From positions 5,518-69,517 of the forward strand of contig CAYLNK010000001.1 in assembly GCA_964384675.1 (NCBI GenBank): 64,000 bases of DNA, read 5' to 3'. Each line of letters opens with the position of its first letter. The stretch's first letter is position 1. Under the pieces are notes generated by a model that did not search any database, was not told where the DNA came from, and saw only the letters and a list, made by a program, of their open reading frames with translations. The DNA is from an uncultured Holophagales bacterium. Its GTDB lineage: Bacteria; Acidobacteriota; Thermoanaerobaculia; UBA5066. This document shows, in pieces, positions 1 through 9,120 of this stretch. The position numbers and the translations under genes were made by a program.

Positions 1-1233
1 GTCGCCGGCGCGGGCTGCTCGCTCGAGGTCCTGCCCGCGATCACCGACCTCGCGGGAGTCGTCGGCACTCCGATCCCGACGACCGTCTTCACGGGCGTGA
101 AAGGGACGCCGCCGTACCAGGTCGCCTCGACGCTCCTCTCCAGCCCGCTCGCCGGCGTCACGCTGTCGTCGGACCGCATCTCGGGTACGCCGCAGGCGCC
201 GGGCACGCTCCGGTTCCGGATCGACGTCACCGACGCGGCGGGATGCGCCGCGTCCCTCACCGCGACCCTCACGGTGACCCAGCCGGCCTGTCCGACTATC
301 GCGGTGACGGGGCCGCCCCCCGCGCTGCCGGTCGGCACGGTCGGCTCACCCTACGCGCAGGGGTCCCCGTTCACCGCCACCGGCGCGACGGGCCCGTACA
401 CCTACGCGGTCGCGAGCGGGACTCTCCCGGCCGGGCTGAGCGTGGACGGCGATCTCCTGAAGGGGACGCCGACCCAGTCGGGCGCGTTCCCCTTCTCGCT
501 CGTGGCGACCGACGTCCCGACCGGCTGCGCGAGCTCGCCGAAGGGCTACAGCCTGCAGGTGAACGCCTGCGTGCCGATCGGAATCGGCCCGGCGACGCTC
601 CCGGGTGGCGTGATCGGAACGCCGTACCAGCAGGCGCTCTCACCCGTGGGTCCGACGTACTCGTCGTCCGACCTTCCGGGCTGGCTCTCCCTGAGCGCGG
701 CCGGCGTGCTCTCCGGAACGCCCCCGGCCGCCGGGAGCTACCCGTTCACCGTGACCGCGAACCAGTCGGGCTGCCTGGGGACGAAGGGCTACACGATCAC
801 GGTGACGCAGCCCTCCGCGGACCTCACGATCCTCGCCGTGACCCAGAGCCCGGACGTCATGCCCTCCAGCTCGGGCGGTACCCTCTCCGTGCAGGTGCAG
901 AACCAGAGCGGCAGCGCGACCCAGGGCAACGTCGACGTCACGCTGGCGTTGAACGTGGTCCAGGCCGCCGCGAAGCTCGGCTACAAGGACCTCCAGACGG
1001 CGGGCTGGGAGACCGTCTTTCCGACGACCCAGGGCTCGACGACCATCGTGGTGCGCCGGACGGCGCCGCTCGCGGGAGGCGCCACCGCCACGGTGGTGAT
1101 CGGCGTCGGCGTCTTCGGGGGCAGCCAGATCGGTGGGCCCTTCCCGAACAACACCGCGCTGGTGTCCTACGGGGCCGACCCCGTCGCGGGGAACAACCAG
1201 CAGACGTTCAACATCGAGATGGACCCGAATTGA
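1..1233 (+). CDS. Secreted protein with repeated putative-Ig (He_PIG-like) domains and a C-terminal CARDB-like domain; 5' end lies outside the window.
   Basis: Frame 1 is open from nt 1 (VAGAGCSLEVLPAITDLAGVVGTPIPTT...). The motif ...LPAGLSVDGDLLKGTPTQSGAFPFSLVATD... repeats, matching the He_PIG pattern. The C-terminal DLTILAVTQSP...GNVDVTLAL resembles CARDB. Stop TGA at 1231-1233. Confidence 0.6.
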   Translation, partial: VAGAGCSLEVLPAITDLAGVVGTPIPTTVFTGVKGTPPYQVASTLLSSPLAGVTLSSDRISGTPQAPGTLRFRIDVTDAAGCAASLTATLTVTQPACPTIAVTGPPPALPVGTVGSPYAQGSPFTATGATGPYTYAVASGTLPAGLSVDGDLLKGTPTQSGAFPFSLVATDVPTGCASSPKGYSLQVNACVPIGIGPATLPGGVIGTPYQQALSPVGPTYSSSDLPGWLSLSAAGVLSGTPPAAGSYPFTVTANQSGCLGTKGYTITVTQPSADLTILAVTQSPDVMPSSSGGTLSVQVQNQSGSATQGNVDVTLALNVVQAAAKLGYKDLQTAGWETVFPTTQGSTTIVVRRTAPLAGGATATVVIGVGVFGGSQIGGPFPNNTALVSYGADPVAGNNQQTFNIEMDPN

Positions 1234-1265
1234 GGAGGGTCACGCCCCGGGGTGCCGCCCTCTTC

Positions 1266-2666
1266 ATGCTCCTCGCCGGAGGCCCGGCGCTGGGGCAGTA
1301 CGAGCTCGCGGGCCTCTCCCAGACGCAGGCCAACCTGACGAACCCGGGCGCGAAGTCGCTGGCGCTCGGCGGCGCCTTCGTCGCGCTCGCCGACGACGGC
1401 ACGGCCGCGTTCGTGAACCCGGCCGGCATCGCGGATACCACGGCGTGGCAGGCCGGCGTGGCGGTCAAGTCCTTCCGGTTCCAGCCGGACCTCACGCCCG
1501 GGCTCTTCGAGGGGGCGGCGGGGCAGTTCGCGGCCCTGCCGACCACCTCGGTCACCGTCTCGAGCCGGGTGACGGACGTCGACTTCGCGTCGGTGAGCGG
1601 TCCGCTCATCCCGAACAAGCTGGCCGTCGCCCTCTATCGCTCCGTCAACTTCAGGTACCGGTTCACGCTCGACCAGGACCTCCTGCTGTTCGACTTCAGG
1701 ATCGCCGGCACCAACCCGGTCAGCCGCGTCTCCACGTCGGAGGCGGGCGCCGTCGACCTCACCAACGAGCTGTACGGCCTGAGCCTCGGCACGAAGCTCG
1801 ACCTCGATTCGCTCTCCCTGGGAACGCTCGGGCTCGGGGCCGGGATCACCGTGTCGAAGCTGAGCCTGGACCTGTCCGGGCCGGGTCCCGGCTACCGTGT
1901 GACGTTCCGGAGCTTCGGGGGGGGAGCGCCGGCCACGGCGACGGTCGTGTCCGAGGTCGACGACAGCTGGAAAGCCGGCCTCACGCTCGGGCTGGTCTGG
2001 CGGCTGCTCGAGGAGCCGCGGCTGTCGATCGGGGCCTCCTACCGGAGGAACCCGTCGCACGAGGTGGCGTACACCGCGCGCTCCTTCGGGCTCGAGTTCC
2101 GGTGCACCGACGGACGGCCGGACGCCTTCGGGTACATCGGGTGCGGGTCGATCAAGACTCCGGACGACGCCTCGTTCGGCGTCGTCCTGGGCCTCCGGCA
2201 CCTCTTCGTCGCGGCCGAGGTGCAGCGCGTCCTCTACTCGCAGCTCGGTGACGGCTGGACGCACCTCTTCCGCTACAACGACTTCGCGGGGCGCTTCGCC
2301 GTGCCGCGAGCCGAGTACTCCGACGCGACGGTCCTCAGGGTGGGCGTCGAGTACGGGATCGAGCTGGGGCGCTCGACGCTCTACCTGCGCGCCGGCGCCT
2401 TCCGGGAGTCGGCCCACGGCGCCCGGATCCGGCTGAAGAAGGACGACGCCCTGCCGCCGGGCGTCCCCGACGACGGCTCGGACGCCCAGTTCCAGGGGTT
2501 CCAGGTGGATCAGGCGCTCGCCGGCGTCTACAACGGCGGAAGCGCCCAGAACCACGTCACCGGAGGTCTCGGCGTCTCCGTGGGGCGCGGTCTCTCGCTC
2601 GACGTCGCCATCGACCACAGCCGGCAGCTCCAGAGCCTGTCGGCCTCGCTCTTCTATCGGTTCTGA
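1266..2666 (+). CDS. Outer-membrane beta-barrel transport protein of the FadL/OmpP1/TodX family.
   Basis: The N-terminus has signal-like AALFMLLAGGPALGQ followed by GAKSLALGGAFVALADDGTAAFVNPAGIA, matching the FadL hatch/NPA motif. The C-terminus ...SLFYRF ends in Phe, typical of OM barrels. Start is ATG 1266 or in-frame TTG 1230 with GAGGAGGG nearby. Track ORF 243..2666 is an over-extended N-terminus. Confidence 0.6.
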   Translation: MLLAGGPALGQYELAGLSQTQANLTNPGAKSLALGGAFVALADDGTAAFVNPAGIADTTAWQAGVAVKSFRFQPDLTPGLFEGAAGQFAALPTTSVTVSSRVTDVDFASVSGPLIPNKLAVALYRSVNFRYRFTLDQDLLLFDFRIAGTNPVSRVSTSEAGAVDLTNELYGLSLGTKLDLDSLSLGTLGLGAGITVSKLSLDLSGPGPGYRVTFRSFGGGAPATATVVSEVDDSWKAGLTLGLVWRLLEEPRLSIGASYRRNPSHEVAYTARSFGLEFRCTDGRPDAFGYIGCGSIKTPDDASFGVVLGLRHLFVAAEVQRVLYSQLGDGWTHLFRYNDFAGRFAVPRAEYSDATVLRVGVEYGIELGRSTLYLRAGAFRESAHGARIRLKKDDALPPGVPDDGSDAQFQGFQVDQALAGVYNGGSAQNHVTGGLGVSVGRGLSLDVAIDHSRQLQSLSASLFYRF

Positions 2667-2710
2667 CCGGGCTATCATCGGGGAGGCCCCGACGGCGGGT
2701 CGCGAGGGAC

Positions 2711-3127
2711 GTGATGGAGCTACAGGAAGTCGAGATGACCGAGGCGCAAGAGCGCCTCTTCGCCCAGGGGATGATCGCCGTGGCGCGTTGCGACGGCGCG
2801 ATCGATCCGCGGGAGGCCGAGCTGATCTCCGAGCTCTCGGCGGGCGACCTCGAGTCGCTTCCCGATCCGGAGCCGGCGGCCCTGTCGGCGAATCTCACCG
2901 GCGACGCCGCGCGGCTCTTCCTCAGGAGCTGCTACCTGGTGGCGCTCGTCGATCAGAGCCTCTCGGACGCGGAGAAGGGCCTGATCGACGGCTACGCGGC
3001 GGCGCTCTCCGTCCCCACCGAGGAGGTGGAGGGGATCCACCAGTCCGTGAAGGAGTTCCTGATCGCGCCCCTGACGCGCCTCGCCAACGTCGAGGTCGCC
3101 GCCGAGGTGGCGCGGAAGATGGAGTGA
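2711..3127 (+). CDS. TerB-like (tellurite-resistance TerB / DjlA N-terminal domain) small protein.
   Basis: 138 aa. MMELQEVEMTEAQERLFAQGMIAVARCDGAIDPREAELI... shows a paired helical repeat (D-G-x-I-D-x-x-E) typical of the TerB fold. Starts at GTG 2711 / ATG 2714. Confidence 0.45.
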   Translation: MMELQEVEMTEAQERLFAQGMIAVARCDGAIDPREAELISELSAGDLESLPDPEPAALSANLTGDAARLFLRSCYLVALVDQSLSDAEKGLIDGYAAALSVPTEEVEGIHQSVKEFLIAPLTRLANVEVAAEVARKME

Positions 3128-3159
3128 CGCCGGCGAGACCGGACGGCGGCGGATGAAGA

Positions 3160-3181
3160 GGGCCGGGTCCGTACCCGGCCC
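3160..3181. terminator. Putative bidirectional intrinsic terminator hairpin between the convergent TerB-like gene and fumC.
   Basis: GGGCCGGGT-ccgt-ACCCGGCCC is a perfect 9-bp GC stem with a 4-nt loop. It lies in the 62-nt gap between two convergent stop codons. There is no strong T-tract, as is usual in high-GC genomes. Confidence 0.35.
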
Positions 3182-3189
3182 CCCGGCTC

Positions 3190-4584
3190 TCACTCCCCGG
3201 GCTGCGTCATCCTCGCGGGGACTATCCAGCGGTCGAAGTCCTCGCTCGAGAGGTGCCCGAGCGCCAGGGCCGCCTCCTTCAACGTGGTTCCTTCCTTGTG
3301 CGCCTTCTTCGCGATTGCGGCCGCCTTGTCGTAGCCGATGTGCGGGTTCAGCGCGGTGACGAGCATGAGGGACCGGGCGACCAGCTCGGCGATGCGAACC
3401 TCGTCGGCCTCGATCCCCTCGGCGCAGTGGAGCCGGAAGCTGCGGCAGCCGTCGGCGAGGAGCCGCACCGACTCCAGGAAGTTGTGGATCATCACCGGCT
3501 TGTAGACGGAGAGCTCGAAGTTCCCCTGGCTCGCGGCGAACGCGATGGCCGCGTCGTTGCCGTATACCTGCACCGCCACCATCGTGAGCGCCTCGGACTG
3601 GGTGGGGTTGACCTTGCCCGGCATGATCGAGCTGCCCGGCTCGTTCTCCGGGATCCGGATCTCGCCGAGGCCGCTGCGCGGGCCCGACGCGAGCCAGCGC
3701 ACGTCGTTGGCGATCTTCATGAGCGAGCCGGCGAGCGTCCGCAGCGCTCCCGACGCGAACGCGAGGCCGTCGTGGGCGGCGAGCGCCTCGAACTTGCTCG
3801 GCGCGCTCACGAACGGGTATCCGGTCATCTCGCCGATCCGGCGCGCCATCCGTTCGGCGTACTCCGGGTGCGCGTTCAGGCCGGTGCCGACCGCCGTTCC
3901 GCCGATCGCGAGCTCGTACAGGTGGGGCAGCCCCTGCTCGACGTGGGCGATCCCGTGATCCAGCTGCGACACCCAGCCGGAGATCTCCTGCCCCAGGGTG
4001 AGCGGAACGGCGTCCATCAGGTGGGTGCGGCCGATCTTGACGACGTCGGCGAGCGCCTTCGCCTTGGCGTCGAGCGTGTCGCGCAGGGCCCTCACCTCGG
4101 GGAGGAGCCTCTCGTGCACCTCGCAGACCGCGGCGATGTGCATCGCCGTCGGGAACGTGTCGTTGGACGACTGCGAGCGGTTGACGTCGTCGTTCGGGTG
4201 GACCGGCTTCTTGCTGCCGAGGACGCCGCCGGCCATCTCGATGGCGCGATTGCTGATGACCTCGTTGACGTTCATGTTGGTCTGCGTGCCGCTGCCCGTC
4301 TGGAAGACGACGAGGGGGAAGTGGGCGTCGAGCTTCCCGTCGATCACCTCGCGCGAGGCCGCCTCGATCAGCTTCGCCTTCTCGAGGTCGAGCAGGCCCA
4401 GGTCACGGTTCACGCTGGCCGCGGCGTACTTGAGCACGCCGAACGCCTTGATCATGGGGCGTCCGAAATGGATCTCGCCGATCTCGAAGTTCTGGAGCGA
4501 ACGCTGCGTCTGCGCGCCCCAGTAGCGGTCCGACCGGACCGCGATCTCGCCCATGGTGTCCTTCTCGATTCGCGTCTCGCTCAT
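3190..4584 (-). CDS. fumC: Fumarate hydratase class II.
   Basis: 464 aa, full length. Carries the [16 protein letters not shown] signature and aligns throughout to FumC/aspartase-family lyases ([29 protein letters not shown]...). Confidence 0.95.
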   Translation of the reverse strand: MSETRIEKDTMGEIAVRSDRYWGAQTQRSLQNFEIGEIHFGRPMIKAFGVLKYAAASVNRDLGLLDLEKAKLIEAASREVIDGKLDAHFPLVVFQTGSGTQTNMNVNEVISNRAIEMAGGVLGSKKPVHPNDDVNRSQSSNDTFPTAMHIAAVCEVHERLLPEVRALRDTLDAKAKALADVVKIGRTHLMDAVPLTLGQEISGWVSQLDHGIAHVEQGLPHLYELAIGGTAVGTGLNAHPEYAERMARRIGEMTGYPFVSAPSKFEALAAHDGLAFASGALRTLAGSLMKIANDVRWLASGPRSGLGEIRIPENEPGSSIMPGKVNPTQSEALTMVAVQVYGNDAAIAFAASQGNFELSVYKPVMIHNFLESVRLLADGCRSFRLHCAEGIEADEVRIAELVARSLMLVTALNPHIGYDKAAAIAKKAHKEGTTLKEAALALGHLSSEDFDRWIVPARMTQPGE

Positions 4585-4753
4585 GGCGGGATCTTACTGC
4601 CGGCCCCTCCGCGCTCCCGCTTCCGCGCGCGGTGTTTCGAATCGTTACAGCTCGCGTGTCGGGCGACCCTGGACCCGTGGCTGTAACAAGCACGTCTTCA
4701 GTCGTTTAAGCGCTGCCGAGGAGCCGGGTATCACCCTTGCTGAGACTGGATCC

Positions 4754-4981
4754 ATGGCGCAGATCACCCTGCAGGTCCCGGACGGCCTCCTCGACGGTCA
4801 GTTCCGCACGCCAGAGGAGCTCGGGCGCGAGATCCGGCTGGCGGCTGCCCTCCACTGGTACGAATCGGGCCGTGTCTCGGAGGAGAGCGCCGCCGCGCTC
4901 GCCGCGCTGCCGCGTCCCGAGTTCCGCAAGGCCGTCACCGGGGACGTCGCCACCGGCTTCCTCGTGGACCTGGACGGGTGA
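4754..4981 (+). CDS. UPF0175-family small protein (antitoxin-like); no partner toxin present.
   Basis: 75 aa from ATG 4754: MAQITLQVPDGLLDGQFRTPEELGREIRLAAALHWYESGRVSEESAAALAALPRPEFRKAV... This matches the UPF0175 helix-turn-helix antitoxin-like pattern. The upstream part of track ORF 4553..4981 overlaps the fumC start and is rejected. Confidence 0.5.
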   Translation: MAQITLQVPDGLLDGQFRTPEELGREIRLAAALHWYESGRVSEESAAALAALPRPEFRKAVTGDVATGFLVDLDG

Positions 4982-4988
4982 CCCGGGC

Positions 4989-6476
4989 CTAGGCCGGAGC
5001 CTCGACTGCGGCCGACGGCGGCCGCAGCTCGCGGGTCTCCTCGTGGTACTCGTCGTCGACGTTCACCGACCAGAGGTCGTGTGCCTCACCGTACAGGTTC
5101 CTCACCGCGTACATCGCCGTGACCATCGCGTGGTCCTGGTTGTTGTAGCGGTGCATGCCGTTGCGGCCGATCAGCTGGAGGTTCGGGAGCCTCGACCCCA
5201 CGAACGCCTTCACGACGTCCACCGCATCACGGTACCCGGGGTCGTACATCGGGTACGTCTTCTTCATCCGAACGACGGCGCCGTCGATCCGGTTCGCGCC
5301 TGCCGGCACGAGGCCCGTCTGGGCGATCTCCCGCGCGGCGAGGTCGATGAGGTCGGCGTCGCTCCGGTTCCAGATCGGGTCGGTCTCGAAGCAGAAGTAC
5401 TCGAGGCCCAGGCACGTGACGCCGGGGCGGGGGAGCAGGCCGGGGGACCAGTTGTTGAAGTTCTGGATCCGGCCCACGGACAGCTCGGGGCTGTGGATGT
5501 AGACCCAGTTGTCGGGGAAGAAGCCGTCCCCCTCGAACATGACCGCCACGAGGATGAAGTCGCGATACCGGAGGCGCTTCGCGGCCGCGACCACGTCGGC
5601 GGGCGGCGCCGGCGAGAGCGAGGCGACGAGCTCCGAGATCGGCATCGACGACAGGTAGGCGTCGCCCTCGTGGCGCTGGCTGCCCGCGGCGCCCGACGTG
5701 CCCGGTGTCTCGATCCCGGTGACGCCCCGGCCCGGGGCCCAGTGGATCCTCGAGACCGGTCGGCGGAAGAGGACCCGGCTCCCCGCGGTCTCGAGGTTCC
5801 GGTGCACGGTCTCCCACATCTGGCCCGGGCCCAGGCGCGGGTAGTCGAACCTGTCGATGAGGGTCTTGACCGTCGGGTCCTTCTTCACCGCGTGCCAGAC
5901 GGCCTTGACCAGCGAGAGCCCGCGGATCCGCTGGGCCGCCCACTCCGCCTGGATCTCCTTGCAGGAGACACCCCACACCTTCTCGGTGTACGTCTTGAAG
6001 AAGATCGAGAAGAGCCGCTTGCCGAAGCGGTTCGAGACCCAGGTCTCGAGGTCCTCCTCCGGCTTCGTCGGCGCGAGGCGCGCCCGCAGGTAGCTGGCGA
6101 GGATCAGCACGCTCTCGGCAGGACCCAGGCCGAGGAAGGCCTCGACCGGCTTCAGCGGGTAGGAGAAGAACTTCTTGCGGTACAGGATCCGGGACAGCCG
6201 CGGCACCCGCAGGAAGTCGTGCGCGAGGACCTCGTGCCAGAAGGCCGTCACCTCCGGCACCTTCGAGAAGAAGCGGTGCCCGCCGATGTCGAACCGGTAC
6301 CCCTGGTGCTGGACGGTGCGGGCGATCCCGCCGACGACCTCATCCTGCTCGAGCAGAGTCGAGGTGCCGCCGTGGCGTTCGTTCTCCCAGGCGGCGGTGA
6401 GGCCGGCGGGGCCGGCGCCGACGATCACCAGGTGCTTGGGGTCCAGGGCCGGGTTTCGGGGACGGTTCAGGGGCAC
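4989..6476 (-). CDS. FAD/NAD(P)-dependent oxidoreductase (amine-oxidase / protoporphyrinogen-oxidase-like fold).
   Basis: The N-terminal dinucleotide-binding motif KHLVIVGAGPAGLTAAWE...EQDEVVGG is present. I assign the start to GTG (MPLNRPRNPALDPKHLVIVGAG). The long upstream in-frame stretch (to 8264) is GC-rich low-complexity and overlaps the next gene. Confidence 0.7.
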   Translation of the reverse strand: MPLNRPRNPALDPKHLVIVGAGPAGLTAAWENERHGGTSTLLEQDEVVGGIARTVQHQGYRFDIGGHRFFSKVPEVTAFWHEVLAHDFLRVPRLSRILYRKKFFSYPLKPVEAFLGLGPAESVLILASYLRARLAPTKPEEDLETWVSNRFGKRLFSIFFKTYTEKVWGVSCKEIQAEWAAQRIRGLSLVKAVWHAVKKDPTVKTLIDRFDYPRLGPGQMWETVHRNLETAGSRVLFRRPVSRIHWAPGRGVTGIETPGTSGAAGSQRHEGDAYLSSMPISELVASLSPAPPADVVAAAKRLRYRDFILVAVMFEGDGFFPDNWVYIHSPELSVGRIQNFNNWSPGLLPRPGVTCLGLEYFCFETDPIWNRSDADLIDLAAREIAQTGLVPAGANRIDGAVVRMKKTYPMYDPGYRDAVDVVKAFVGSRLPNLQLIGRNGMHRYNNQDHAMVTAMYAVRNLYGEAHDLWSVNVDDEYHEETRELRPPSAAVEAPA

Positions 6477-6520
6477 TCCTCGCGCGGCGGATGATAGGGG
6501 AGAGACGCCCCGAATGCCCG

Positions 6521-9073
6521 TCAGTCGATCGGGGCCATCTCCACGTAGCTCCCATCGCCCGTGCCCTGGCCTGGCGCGGCGCCGTCGTTGATGACGCCGT
6601 AGGCGCCGAAGTCGCCCGCGGGGCTCGCCGTGATCCGTACGTACCCCTGGGTCACGCCGTAGCCCGAGAGGATGCCGTCGATCTGGGCCCAACCATATCC
6701 GCCGCCCGGCAGGGTGACCGATTCCCTCCCCACGGAAACGCCGCGGGCGCCGTCGAAGACCTCGACGTCGAAGGTGCGTGGCGCGAAGCTCAGGCTGTAG
6801 AGCCCGAGGTTGGAGCGAACGGAGCCGTCGTGCCGGAGGCCCATGACCAGGGCCGAGCGAATCGCGGGGGCCTGTGGGCCGTAGCTCACGCCGTAGCGGC
6901 CGCGGCCGTCCTCCGAGGGCGTGGTCACACGGGCCATGAAGGCGCCGCCGCTGAAGGCGTGGATCGGGTCCCCGTCCGTGATACCGCCGTTCAGGACGCC
7001 CGCGTTCGTCGTTCCTCGGGCGGGGAGAGGGACTCCCTTGGACCGGAGATAGTCGAGGAGGGACGGGAACCTGGCCTGTCGGACCTCGATCGGCTCGGTG
7101 TACGTCAGGAGGGAGGTCGGCGCCGGCAGCGACGGGTAGTAGTCCAACACCAGGAAGAGCCCGGGCGAGGTGACCCTCGAGTCCGCGACGACCACTTCCG
7201 TCTCGTAGCTCGGCGTCTCCACCACCACCGGAAGGGGCGCGGCCGTATCGCCCCTCACGTAGGAGCCGTCCCCGGTGACGTTGTCGTTGATCACGGCGTA
7301 AGCCAGGAAGGGATCCGTTCCCGCGACCCTCGTCACGCGCGCGAGGCCTTCGCCGAGACCGCTCCCCGCGAGCACGGAGTCGAGCTGGCGCCACTGCCCC
7401 GGCGCGAGCTCGATCGCCGGGAGCACCTTCGGTTCGCCCGCCGGTGGGTACAGCGTGACCTGCAACGTGATCGGAGCGTCGAGTCCCGCGTGCACGACCG
7501 CGAGATTCGATCGGTCCTGGTCGTTCTCCCGAAGCCCGAGGAGCGCCGGGCCGAGCGCGCCGTAGGGCTCCGCGCGACTCACGTTCACCGCCGGGTAGGC
7601 GAGGCCGGCCCGACCGCGGCCGGACGGTGTCGTGGTCCTCGCGAGCGCACCTGCCGCCGTGGGCGACGACAGGCCCGAGAAGAGGAGCCGCAAGGTTCCC
7701 CCCTGGCCCGGGCCCTCGGGAATCGAGAGCCCCTTCCCGCGCAGGTAGGCGATCGCGTCGGTGAGGACCAGCTGGCGTCCCGAGCCGAGGCTCTCCTCGA
7801 TCGTGCCGCTCCCCGTCGCGCCGAGCACCGTCGCGGCCGTGTACGTCATCACGACCCGGATCGGCGTCGTGCCGGCGTTCGTCAAGGTCAGCTCGGTCGT
7901 GAATCGCGTCCCGTTCCTCCCCGTGACGTCGAGGACGATGGGGACGATCCTCTCGACGCCGATCCCGGCGGCGTCCGTGATCTGGTAGATCCTCCCGCCG
8001 TTCCCGTCCGCGACGTACAGCTCGCCGGCCTCGTCCTCGCCGAACGTGGTGATGCCGTAGGTGGTCTTGATCAGCGCTCTCGACTCCCACTGCCCTTGCC
8101 TCCGCCTCAGGCCCCAGATCCGGCCGCTGCAGTAGTCGCCGTACAGGTAGACGCCGTACAGGCGCGGGTAGAGGGAGCCCCGGTAGACGAAGCCCCCGGT
8201 CACGGAGCAGCCGTCCGAGTGGCTGTACTCCACCACGGGCGGCGTGAGCCCCGCAGACGGGCATCCGCTCGACGGGTTGTAGCAGTGGGTTCCCTCCCGG
8301 AGCCGCCAGCCGTAGTTCTCGCCGCCGCCGCTAGCGGCGGGTTGGACGTCGATCTCCTCCCACGCCCCCTGGCCCACGTCTGCGATGAAGAGGTTCCCGG
8401 TCAGTCGGTCGAACGAGAAGCGCCACGGGTTGCGGAGGCCGTACGCCCAGATCTCGGGGCGCGACGAGGCCGCGTGCGCGAACGGGTTCGACGGCGGGAT
8501 GGCATAGCCCTGCGCCGGGCTCACGTCGATCCGCAGGATCTTCCCCAGGAGGGTCGTCAGGTCCTGGGCCCGGTTCTGCGGGTCGCCGCCCGAGCCTCCG
8601 TCCCCTGTCCCGATGTACAGGTATCCGTCGTCGGGGCCGAAGGCGAGCTGGCCCCCGTTGTGGTTCGAGTACGGCTGGGGAATCGTCAGGAGGATCTCCT
8701 CGCTGCCGGCGTCCGCCGCGTCTCCCGCCGCCCGGTAGCGGGCGATGACGGTGTCGCCGTTCCTGTCGGTGTAGTCCGCGTAGACCCGCTTGGAGGAGTC
8801 GATCGCGATCGACAGGAGCCCGCGTTCGCCGCAGCAGCTCACCTTCGAGGAGAGGTCGAGGTACGGGGTGGGAAGGAGCTGGCCGTCCTTCATCACCCGC
8901 ACCTGCCCGGTTTGCTGCACGACGAAGAGCCGCCCGCTGCCGTCCCGCGCGCTGGTGACGTGAGTCGGGGCGTTCAGGCCCGACGGCACCTGGCGGAACG
9001 CCAGCTCGGGCCACTCGTCCGCGAGGGCGGGGAGGGTGGCGAGCAGGAGGATCGCGGTCGGGAGCGCGCGCAT
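6521..9073 (-). CDS. Secreted PQQ-dependent sugar dehydrogenase-like beta-propeller (GSDH/YliI-like) fused to two C-terminal copies of an uncharacterised ~235-aa domain.
   Basis: Signal peptide MRALPTAILLLATLPALA. Residues 20-370 resemble soluble aldose sugar dehydrogenase (YLYIGTGDGG, GLRNPWRFSFD). Residues ~374-607 and ~612-850 are two repeats sharing motifs with the C-termini of the genes at 20092 and 57711. Confidence 0.75.
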   Translation of the reverse strand: MRALPTAILLLATLPALADEWPELAFRQVPSGLNAPTHVTSARDGSGRLFVVQQTGQVRVMKDGQLLPTPYLDLSSKVSCCGERGLLSIAIDSSKRVYADYTDRNGDTVIARYRAAGDAADAGSEEILLTIPQPYSNHNGGQLAFGPDDGYLYIGTGDGGSGGDPQNRAQDLTTLLGKILRIDVSPAQGYAIPPSNPFAHAASSRPEIWAYGLRNPWRFSFDRLTGNLFIADVGQGAWEEIDVQPAASGGGENYGWRLREGTHCYNPSSGCPSAGLTPPVVEYSHSDGCSVTGGFVYRGSLYPRLYGVYLYGDYCSGRIWGLRRRQGQWESRALIKTTYGITTFGEDEAGELYVADGNGGRIYQITDAAGIGVERIVPIVLDVTGRNGTRFTTELTLTNAGTTPIRVVMTYTAATVLGATGSGTIEESLGSGRQLVLTDAIAYLRGKGLSIPEGPGQGGTLRLLFSGLSSPTAAGALARTTTPSGRGRAGLAYPAVNVSRAEPYGALGPALLGLRENDQDRSNLAVVHAGLDAPITLQVTLYPPAGEPKVLPAIELAPGQWRQLDSVLAGSGLGEGLARVTRVAGTDPFLAYAVINDNVTGDGSYVRGDTAAPLPVVVETPSYETEVVVADSRVTSPGLFLVLDYYPSLPAPTSLLTYTEPIEVRQARFPSLLDYLRSKGVPLPARGTTNAGVLNGGITDGDPIHAFSGGAFMARVTTPSEDGRGRYGVSYGPQAPAIRSALVMGLRHDGSVRSNLGLYSLSFAPRTFDVEVFDGARGVSVGRESVTLPGGGYGWAQIDGILSGYGVTQGYVRITASPAGDFGAYGVINDGAAPGQGTGDGSYVEMAPID

Positions 9074-9120
9074 GAGGCTTCTCTCCGGGAAGTGTTCCGG
9101 GATAACGGTACGCTCCCGCC

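Noticed and set aside
243-1265. N-terminal extension of track ORF 243..2666, overlapping the He_PIG/CARDB gene.
   Set aside because: It is out of frame with, and overlaps, a well-supported gene. The Arg-rich translation is junk. The FadL-like protein's signal peptide begins at 1230/1266.
4640-4660. gtttcgaatcg segment resembling a tRNA T-loop (GTTCGAATC).
   Set aside because: There are no complementary flanking stems or acceptor/anticodon arms. It is not a tRNA.
6477-8264. Upstream 600 codons of track ORF 4989..8264; similar over-extensions 27778..32055, 32326..35478, 36524..38086, 40883..42169, 47920..50235, 48834..50216, 53036..54034, 34961..35275, 42719..43435, 9036..10367.
   Set aside because: Each extension overlaps the preceding gene in another frame and is low-complexity. 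Internal starts are supported by signal peptides, family N-termini, RBSs or 4-nt stop/start overlaps.
9083-9102. Imperfect palindrome CCGGGAAgtgTTCCGGG in the 47-nt divergent region between the PQQ-dehydrogenase gene and lhgO.
   Set aside because: The palindrome is imperfect and extremely short. The region is barely long enough for two promoters, so it cannot be distinguished from chance.
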